Assembly: GCA_035602245.1 (NCBI GenBank)
Contig: DATNMO010000020.1
Coordinates: 45,648-109,647 of the forward strand
Source: Gemmatimonadales bacterium
Lineage (GTDB): Bacteria; Gemmatimonadota; Gemmatimonadetes; Gemmatimonadales; GWC2-71-9
DNA: 64,000 nucleotides
Reading direction: 5' to 3'
Shown here one piece after another: positions 57,440 through 64,000 of this stretch. A program made the translations under genes and the position numbers. Positions within the stretch are counted from its first letter, which is position 1; each line of letters opens with the position of its first letter. The notes beneath the pieces were generated by a model. That model saw only the letters and a program-made list of their open reading frames with translations, ran no database searches and was not told the DNA's origin.

Positions 57440-58288
57440 TCACTTGATCAGCATAATGCCGATTTGGGGGGCCCAGTCGGTAGCCTTCGACGAGAGGCCA
57501 ATCGCGTTGTCGAGTTTCAGGAACAGGAAATCGCCGAGACGCCATTGCAGGCCACTGACCAGATCCCATTCGTCGGGGGCCCCCGTTTCTCCGCCCTCGA
57601 TGGCCAGGTTCACGCGCAGCGAGGACGACAGGCGCCGCAGGTACTCGATTGAGAATTCGCCCAAATCCCAGCTCTTGTCGTCGTGATTGTACTCCACGGT
57701 GACGCGCGTCGTCATGGTGCCCCACCCGAACCCGCGCACGAGCCCAACGCCCGGCCGCACGTCCCAGATGCCGTCGCCAATCAGTCTCTTCGCCCGCTGC
57801 GAGGGGGCCGTCACCTCGACGTAGCTGAAGATCTCCGGCCGGCGGTCGGTCTCCTGAGCCACGCGGTAGCGCAGTTGGCCTTCGATGTCGGCGAAGCCCG
57901 ATTGGGTGATGCTGGCCGGCAGCGTCGAGGCATCGTTGGGCGCCTTGTCGAGCTGCGCCCGGGTAAAGCCCGTCTCGAACTCCACTGCCAGCCTCTCGGT
58001 CAACCCGTATCCAAGAAACAGCCGCTCGTCGGTGCTCCGGAACCTGCCACGGAAGTCCTGCATGAGCCCGTACCCCAACTTGGCCGGATTGTACTCCCGA
58101 TTGTTATCCCGCGAATAGGCGAAAAATGGAAACACGAGCAGCTGCCCGCGGGCGATGTACGTCGCGAAGACCGAGGCGGGCACTCCCACACCGCGGTCCC
58201 GCGAGTGCCGCGGGCCGGTGTTGACTTGGGCGTTGCCCACAGCGCCAACGCCCGCCAGCAGAAGAGCGACCAGCAGAACGCCTTTCAT
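57440..58288 (-). CDS. Exported putative beta-barrel protein
   Basis: Signal peptide, alternating hydrophobic beta strands, AAGGAG RBS. Confidence 0.65.
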   Translation of the reverse strand: MKGVLLVALLLAGVGAVGNAQVNTGPRHSRDRGVGVPASVFATYIARGQLLVFPFFAYSRDNNREYNPAKLGYGLMQDFRGRFRSTDERLFLGYGLTERLAVEFETGFTRAQLDKAPNDASTLPASITQSGFADIEGQLRYRVAQETDRRPEIFSYVEVTAPSQRAKRLIGDGIWDVRPGVGLVRGFGWGTMTTRVTVEYNHDDKSWDLGEFSIEYLRRLSSSLRVNLAIEGGETGAPDEWDLVSGLQWRLGDFLFLKLDNAIGLSSKATDWAPQIGIMLIK

Positions 58289-58393
58289 AGGACAGTGCTC
58301 CTTTTAAGGTAGCCAGCGTCCCTTACAGGCAGTCCCTCCTGCATGGTTGAGCGCGCGACGGCCCAAGTTGTGACGACGCGAACCGTCCGGCTG

Positions 58394-58618
58394 CTAGATC
58401 GGCCTCCCCCCGCGACGGCCGGCGAACAACAGCGCTATGCCCGCGACGAGCGCCACCGCGCCGACCCAGGGTGGAATGAAGCCCCGCGTCTCCGTCGTCA
58501 CCGTCGCCACACCCAGATCCACTTTGTCCCTGTCCTTGACGTACGACACGCCCTTCAGAACGAGGACGATGGCACCAAAAACGATCAACAGGATCCCAAT
58601 GATACCGGCCGGACGCAT
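58394..58618 (-). CDS. Small membrane protein (DUF3185-like)
   Basis: GILLIVFG..KVDLG..IPPWVGAVALVAGIALL; GGAGG RBS. Confidence 0.75.
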   Translation of the reverse strand: MRPAGIIGILLIVFGAIVLVLKGVSYVKDRDKVDLGVATVTTETRGFIPPWVGAVALVAGIALLFAGRRGGRPI

Positions 58619-58679
58619 GGTGGTCCCTCCTTGGATGGTTGGAGTTCACTGCCTCGAGCGGACTGCGCAAAAAACGTAC

Positions 58680-58860
58680 TCAAAAAACGGCGCGGCCGTG
58701 GTCCGGGGGCCCGGCACCACGCGCCCCTGCACTATCGTCTTTGCGAATCACGCTGACGTGCCCATCGGTCTCGAGGTAGGCATGTTGACGACTGACAGAT
58801 CCTCGCTGCCCTGCTCGCGCAGCAGCGACATCAAATCCTCCACCGTCAACAGCACGGGCC
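58680..58860 (-). pseudogene. Frameshifted C-terminal remnant of a DUF421/YetF protein
   Basis: LLTVEDLMSLLREQG.EDLSV in one frame, then HAYLETDGHVSVIRK in another; the N-terminal membrane part is missing. Confidence 0.65.
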
Positions 58861-58924
58861 TTCCTGGACGCCCGGGAATGTGAGGAGCAGGCGCCGCGCG
58901 GTCGCGAATGGTAACCCCTTCCGC

Positions 58925-59440
58925 TTAGGCATCCGGTCGCTCGGGCCATTGCTTGTCCGGTCGCGCGGGCGGCGCCTGCTCGGGGCCGAGGCGGTCGCCC
59001 TGAATGTCGGCGTAGATGAAGTTCTCCGGGGCCACCGGCGCATCGGCCAGGCGGCGCAGCAGCGCCAGCTGCCCCACGTGCGTCATCACGTCGGCGATGG
59101 GGCCCTGCAGCAGCTGTTCGGTCGAGATCTCGCGCAGCGGCGTCTCGCTCGCGAGCACGTCGCCGACCGCTTGCAGATTCTCGTGGAAACGCGCGATCTC
59201 GTGCTTGAACGTGGGCAACGGGTCCGGTTTGACGGGGTAGGAGCCGCCGAGGAAGAGCGTGCGGACGTAGCCCATGAGGCTCGCCATGTGGCGAAGGAGC
59301 TCGACGGGCGTGCGCGCACGATGTCCGGCGGAAAAGCTGGCGAAGTGCTCGGGTGCGCCGCGCAGCGCCTTCTGCGTCCGATACGCGATGGCGGCGAGGA
59401 AATGGCGCAACAGCGCGCGATCGCGGTCCACGTCAGTCAA
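58925..59440 (-). CDS. DinB-like four-helix protein
   Basis: RTPVELLRHM, DVMTHVGQLALLRRL; TTG start. Confidence 0.7.
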   Translation of the reverse strand: MTDVDRDRALLRHFLAAIAYRTQKALRGAPEHFASFSAGHRARTPVELLRHMASLMGYVRTLFLGGSYPVKPDPLPTFKHEIARFHENLQAVGDVLASETPLREISTEQLLQGPIADVMTHVGQLALLRRLADAPVAPENFIYADIQGDRLGPEQAPPARPDKQWPERPDA

Positions 59441-59480
59441 AGATGTCGCCGTTCAACGCGAAGGGAAGTCGTCGCCTCTC

Positions 59481-59822
59481 CTACCGCCGGAACATGAAGA
59501 ACACGGCGCCGCACAGACACACACCGGCCCAGAGGTAGTTCAGCCGCACCGGTTCCTTCATATAGAGGGCCGCAAACGGAACGAAGACGCTCAGGGTGAT
59601 GACCTCCTGTAGAATCTTGAGCTGACCGAGCTGCAGCTCGGTGTGACCGATCCGGTTTGCCGGCACTTGCAGCAGGTATTCGAAGAGGGCGATCCCCCAG
59701 CTCACGAGCGCCGCGACGATCCAGGGCCGGTGGCTGAGGTGTCGCAGGTGTGCATACCAGGCGAATGTCATGAATACGTTGGACAACACCAGCAGGATGA
59801 TCGTCTTCGCGATCACGGGCAT
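59481..59822 (-). CDS. DMT-family membrane protein (DUF486)
   Basis: LSNVFMTFAWYAHL, SWGIALFEYLLQVPANRIG, QLKILQEVITL. Confidence 0.92.
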   Translation of the reverse strand: MPVIAKTIILLVLSNVFMTFAWYAHLRHLSHRPWIVAALVSWGIALFEYLLQVPANRIGHTELQLGQLKILQEVITLSVFVPFAALYMKEPVRLNYLWAGVCLCGAVFFMFRR

Positions 59823-59834
59823 GCTTGTCTCCCC

Positions 59835-61184
59835 CTACGTTGAGCGTATCGATCGCAAAACCTCCCGCGCGGCGCGGTGCCCGCTCGCGAGCGCTCCCGC
59901 GACGGTTCCGCTCTCGGCCCCATTGGTGGCCTCTCCCGCGAAGAACAGGGTTCCCGCGACCGGGCGCGCCAGGGCCTGCGGTGCTCCGCCGCCCCCCACC
60001 CCGATGTACGAGTAGGCGCCGCGGCTGAAGGGATCGGCTCGCCAATCGTGCGTCGCCCAGGCCTCGAGCTGGTCCTCCAGCTCGCGCCGCGGCACCGCGA
60101 GGATCGAAGCAAGCGCCGCCACGCTGCGCTCGAGCCTGATGGCGAGCGGTTGCGCAAGCAGCGACTCCGCGCGCTTCCCTCCGACCCACCCCGTGAGTAG
60201 CGCGGCGCGCGCCGGCGCCGCGGTCCACCACGTCGGCAACTCAGCCCCGTGCGCATGGAGAAAGTTCAGCCCGGCGCCGGTGGCGTGGCCGCGAGCGCGG
60301 CGCGTCGTGAGGAAGTCCGGATCGTCCCAGAATGCGCGCCGGAACAGCAGCACGATCTTGAAGACGTGGCCGGTCTCGATCCCGGCGAGCGCGCGCTGCT
60401 TGGCGGGGAGCGCCGGATCGAACCGCAAGCTACCCGCCCTCAACACCGCGTGCGGCAGGGTCACGACGGCTGCAGTTGCGCGCAGCGGCTCGAGCAGCGC
60501 CCCGTCGCCGCCACGGCACGTGAGCGTCACCTGGCCCGGCTTCCAGGTCAGTATCTCAGCGACCGTGCTGAGGCGCACTTCAGTCCGTTCGGGATCGAGC
60601 CCGTCCCGCAACCACCGGACCAGCGCGTCCTCGCCGCTGGCGATGCGGAACTGCTTGTGCTCGCGCCCACCCTCCTCGGCTTGTTCCGCGAGCGCGCGCG
60701 CGCTCAGCCGCTCGGGGTGCGCGGCCTGATAGCCTCCTATGAAATCCTCCAAGAACGCCCGCCGCGCGGGTGGGAGCCGCCCGTGCGAGAGGTACTCACT
60801 GACGGGAAGGTCCTTCCCGCGCCGGCCGATGCGCCGAGCCAGGTCGCGGTTCATTCGATCGATGGTCCCCCAGAAATTCCCCAGCGGCGTGAATCGGCCG
60901 GCGCTCGCCACTTCATGAAGGCCGGGCAGCTCGAGGACCAGCAGTCTTGCCGCCTCCGCGACGGCGAACGTTTCCGGCGCCTCGCCGTGGATGAACTCGG
61001 CTCCGAGCTCGACCGGGAGCGGCGCGCGAGGATCATGGAGCGTGAGGATGCGCCCGCCGATCCGCGGCCGCGCCTCGACTACTGTGAGTCGCAGCCCGGA
61101 GTGGGAGAGATCGCGGGCGGCGGCGAGACCGGCGGCTCCCGCCCCGATCACCAGGACATCGACACGTCTGCGCCGTTTGGGCAT
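59835..61184 (-). CDS. Flavin monoamine oxidase-family FAD oxidoreductase
   Basis: VIGAGAAGL, EARPRIGGR, LGAEFIHG, FSRGAYS, FFAGEAT, GTVAGALASG. Confidence 0.93.
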   Translation of the reverse strand: MPKRRRRVDVLVIGAGAAGLAAARDLSHSGLRLTVVEARPRIGGRILTLHDPRAPLPVELGAEFIHGEAPETFAVAEAARLLVLELPGLHEVASAGRFTPLGNFWGTIDRMNRDLARRIGRRGKDLPVSEYLSHGRLPPARRAFLEDFIGGYQAAHPERLSARALAEQAEEGGREHKQFRIASGEDALVRWLRDGLDPERTEVRLSTVAEILTWKPGQVTLTCRGGDGALLEPLRATAAVVTLPHAVLRAGSLRFDPALPAKQRALAGIETGHVFKIVLLFRRAFWDDPDFLTTRRARGHATGAGLNFLHAHGAELPTWWTAAPARAALLTGWVGGKRAESLLAQPLAIRLERSVAALASILAVPRRELEDQLEAWATHDWRADPFSRGAYSYIGVGGGGAPQALARPVAGTLFFAGEATNGAESGTVAGALASGHRAAREVLRSIRST

Positions 61185-61190
61185 TCTCGG

Positions 61191-61484
61191 CTAGAGGAGC
61201 GCGCGCAGGGCCACTTCGACCTCCGAATTCGGCACTGCGCGCGCTCCCAGCGCCCGCGCCGCGCGCAGCTCGTCGGCTTTCACGTGCGAGCCGAAGGCGA
61301 GTACGGGAATCCCCTGCCCCACCAGCGCGCGGATCTGATCGTCGACGCCGGCCGCACCCAATTCCACCACGGCAAGGTCGCAGGGCGCCTCCCGCGTCGC
61401 TTCCGCGCCGGCCGCCTGCAGGACCCCCTGAAGCTTGGATCGGAAGAAGAGATCCCGCGCCGCCAGGAGCACGCGCTTACCCAT
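61191..61484 (-). CDS. Small receiver-like (atypical response regulator) protein
   Basis: DLFFRSK, DLAVVEL, VLAFGSHV, ARALGA. Confidence 0.6.
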   Translation of the reverse strand: MGKRVLLAARDLFFRSKLQGVLQAAGAEATREAPCDLAVVELGAAGVDDQIRALVGQGIPVLAFGSHVKADELRAARALGARAVPNSEVEVALRALL

Positions 61485-62154
61485 TGAGTGGCTCCGCTTG
61501 CACCACAGCCTGCATGACCTTCGGCCGCCGCCACAGGTCGAAGAACGACGCCCGCTTGGGAAGAACCAGGACCGCGTCCCCATGCGGGGGATCGGCCAGG
61601 CCGTTCAGCGTCAGAAAGGCCGGCGGCTGCACGCCCGCGATGGGTGCGCGGTAGCGCCGGCCGTGCCACACGAAATCGGCGCCTCCCTCGAGGAACACGT
61701 CGTCATCCACCTTCCAGACCCCCGGCGAGAGAGACTCCCCCGACCGGTAAAACACGGCGTCGAACGCCTTGTCTTCGTGGCGCGCAAAGTTCTGCTCCCC
61801 GGCCCAGTCGTAGGCCTCGAGCGCCGCTACGTTCGCCCGCCACTCGAGATGGTGCCGCAGCTCGTGCGTGAGCGTCTCCCACGCCTCGGCGCGCCAGTCG
61901 AAGTCTCCTCCGGCGAGCCGGGCCAATGCCTGAAACGATCCGTGATAGAGGACGATGCGGGATTGGAGATCGGCCCCCCCCCCGGAGTCGCTCCACTCGA
62001 GCGGAATGCACTCGCCCAGGGTGTAGATGCCGTCGAGGACCGGATGGGGAACGGTTTTGAGACTCACTTCCACGCCCACGACGCCACCCTCGAACGCCGG
62101 TGGGATGTCGCGCTCCAGCCGCGCGACCAGGGACCGGAAGTCATCGAGCCTCAA
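61477..62154 (-). CDS. Zincin-like metallopeptidase family protein
   Basis: IYTLGEC, IVLYHGSF, TLTHELRHH (HExxH). Confidence 0.75.
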   Translation of the reverse strand: MRLDDFRSLVARLERDIPPAFEGGVVGVEVSLKTVPHPVLDGIYTLGECIPLEWSDSGGGADLQSRIVLYHGSFQALARLAGGDFDWRAEAWETLTHELRHHLEWRANVAALEAYDWAGEQNFARHEDKAFDAVFYRSGESLSPGVWKVDDDVFLEGGADFVWHGRRYRAPIAGVQPPAFLTLNGLADPPHGDAVLVLPKRASFFDLWRRPKVMQAVVQAEPLNG

Positions 62155-63524
62155 CCCGCGAGCTTCTCCTTCAGGTATTGCACCAGCTGCGCGCTCGCCA
62201 CCCGATCCTGCTTGAGCGTGTCCCGGTCCCGCACCGTCACGGTCTGGTCCTGCGTCGATTGGCCGTCGATCGTGATCCCGAACGGCGTGCCAGCTTCGTC
62301 CTGGCGGCGGTAGCGGCGCCCGATCGAGCCGCCGTCGTCGTAAAACGCGTTGTAGTGGCGCCGCAGATCGTCGTATATGCGGTGCGCCAGCTCGGGCATG
62401 CCGTCCTTGTTGACGAGCGGGAACACCGCCGCCTTGAGTGGCGCGAGCGACGGCTTGAGCTTCAGCACGACCCGTTGCGCACCCCCCTCGCCCTCGGCTG
62501 CTGCCTCGCCGGCGACCTCTTCCTCTCTATAGGCGTCGCACAGCACCACCAGCGCCGTACGGTCGGCCCCCGCCGATGTCTCGACCACGTAGGGGATGAA
62601 TCGCTCGTTGGTCTTGGGATCCAGATAGTCGAGCTTCTTGCCCGCGTGCTTCTGATGGTTCGACAGATCGAAGTCGGTGCGATTGTGAATGCCCTCGAAT
62701 TCCTGCCAGCCGAACGGGAACTCGTACTGGATGTCGTAGGCATCCGCGGCGTAGTGCGCGAGCTCGTCCTTGTCGTGCTGGTGCCAGCGCAGCTTCTCCT
62801 GCCGGATGCCCAGACCCTCGATCCATTTCATCCGCTCCGCGCGCCAGAACTCGAACCACTCCTTCTCGCTGCCGGGCTTCACGAAGAACTGCATTTCCAT
62901 CTGCTCGAACTCGCGCGTCCGGAAGATGAAGTTCCCCGGAGTGATCTCGTTGCGGAACGCCTTGCCGACCTGCGCGATGCCGAAGGGAATCTTCTGACGC
63001 GAGGACTGTAGCACGTTCAAGTAGTTGACGTAGATCCCCTGCGCCGTCTCGGGCCGCAGGTAGATCACCGCGGCCTGTTCCTCGACCGGCCCCATGAACG
63101 TCTTGAACATGAGGTTGAATTGGCGCGGCGCCGTGAGCGTGCCTTTGCTGCCACACGCGGGGCACTGCGCATCCGGCTGTCCGGGCGTCCCCTTGATGCG
63201 GGGATCGTCCGCACGGAAGCGGTTCTTGCAGTGCTTGCAGTCCACGAGCGGGTCGGTGAAGCCGGAGACGTGCCCCGACGCCTCCCACACTTTGGGATGC
63301 ATCAGGATGGCGGCGTCCAGCCCCTCGATGTCCTCGCGCTCGTGGACCATGGAGCGCCACCAGCGCTCTTTGATGTTCTTTTTCAGCTCGACCCCCAGCG
63401 GACCGTAGTCCCACACGGAGCCGAGGCCACCGTAGATCTCGGAGGACTGAAACACGAAGCCGCGCCGCTTGGCCAGCGACACTAGCTTCTCCATCGTTTT
63501 GTCGGTAGTAGCAGGCGGCGGCAT
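62151..63524 (-). CDS. glyQS: Glycine--tRNA ligase (alpha2, class IIa)
   Basis: KRRGFVFQSSEIYGG, LRPETAQG, FRTREFEQME, VETSAGADR, IGRRYRRQDEAGTP. Confidence 0.97.
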   Translation of the reverse strand: MPPPATTDKTMEKLVSLAKRRGFVFQSSEIYGGLGSVWDYGPLGVELKKNIKERWWRSMVHEREDIEGLDAAILMHPKVWEASGHVSGFTDPLVDCKHCKNRFRADDPRIKGTPGQPDAQCPACGSKGTLTAPRQFNLMFKTFMGPVEEQAAVIYLRPETAQGIYVNYLNVLQSSRQKIPFGIAQVGKAFRNEITPGNFIFRTREFEQMEMQFFVKPGSEKEWFEFWRAERMKWIEGLGIRQEKLRWHQHDKDELAHYAADAYDIQYEFPFGWQEFEGIHNRTDFDLSNHQKHAGKKLDYLDPKTNERFIPYVVETSAGADRTALVVLCDAYREEEVAGEAAAEGEGGAQRVVLKLKPSLAPLKAAVFPLVNKDGMPELAHRIYDDLRRHYNAFYDDGGSIGRRYRRQDEAGTPFGITIDGQSTQDQTVTVRDRDTLKQDRVASAQLVQYLKEKLAG

Positions 63525-63537
63525 AGGGAGCCGGAAG

Positions 63538-64000
63538 TTACAAGCGGAGGGCCTCGCGCGCGACCTGCTCGGCCATGTGGGCAAGCGCGGGACCGTCAAG
63601 CCGGCGCCCTTCCGCCCCAACCGCGTGCACGCCGAGCAGTCCCTCGACCCGGCCCGCCACGACGGCGACCTTTTTCTTCGCCGCCTGGGCGCGCCGCACG
63701 ACTTCTCCCGGTGCTTTGCCTACGAGCGATGTCCGATCGAAAACGCCCTCTGCCGTGATGACAAGATCGGCCTTGGCGAGGGCCGAGTCGAATCCGACCC
63801 GCTCGAGCACCCACTCGGCCCCGCGCACGAGCTCAGCGCGCGCAAAGAACGCGAGCCCTGCGCCGAGGCCGCCGGCGGCGCCCCCCATAGGCATCGTCGC
63901 CAACTCGGGCCGGCCCGCTTGCGCCCACAACTCCGCGAGCCGGGCCAGCCCCTGGGCCAGCCGCGGGATCTCCTCGGCACGCGCCCCTTTCTGCGGACCG
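63538..64000 (-). CDS. Glycerate kinase (GlxK family), 3' part
   Basis: GPQKGA, GGAAGGLG, ADLVITAEG.FD..S..GK.P; gene enters from beyond the window edge. Confidence 0.9.
   Translation of the reverse strand, partial: GPQKGARAEEIPRLAQGLARLAELWAQAGRPELATMPMGGAAGGLGAGLAFFARAELVRGAEWVLERVGFDSALAKADLVITAEGVFDRTSLVGKAPGEVVRRAQAAKKKVAVVAGRVEGLLGVHAVGAEGRRLDGPALAHMAEQVAREALRL

Noticed and set aside
18686-61983. G/C homopolymers of 8-11 nt in coding regions (18686, 20547, 22941, 27625, 39505, 61974) as a phase-variation system
   Set aside because: All are in frame and encode Gly runs. At roughly 35% G, a simple independent-base estimate gives several runs of 8 or more per 64 kb, so the count alone is not evidence.

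Overview
High-GC bacterial chromosome segment. Gene content (GWxTD protein, alpha2-type GlyRS, many Hanks kinases/FHA proteins, class II RNR) suggests Gemmatimonadota; this is inference, not a database result. Most of the window is housekeeping or envelope DNA on the minus strand: a glycolysis block (aldolase, MBL hydrolase, pyk), nrdJ, an amidase/Omp85-like/GWxTD envelope operon, peptidoglycan recycling (nagZ-anmK-murQ, divergent ggt), a ~10.5 kb operon from a YVTN propeller to ccdA that includes priA and corA, a general-stress-type cluster, glyQS and a partial glycerate kinase. A plus-strand FHA-kinase-PP2C-FHA/protease signalling block lies at 18.6-23.6 kb. The main discovery is at ~28.3-34.9 kb, an integron gene-cassette array with no integrase in the window (CALIN). 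It has two complete attC sites, several eroded ones, and five cassettes whose 5' core and 3' inverse-core sites are still matching inverted repeats. Other leads: a ubiquitin-like beta-grasp protein without di-Gly, a paralogous SH3-like/zinc-ribbon protein pair, a kinase-PEGA-TonB fusion, a frameshifted kinase, a head-on deletion scar of two genes, and repeated signs of leaderless transcription. No rRNA, tRNA, CRISPR array, transposase or integrase was recognised. All calls come from manual motif reading; no HMM or BLAST searches were run.
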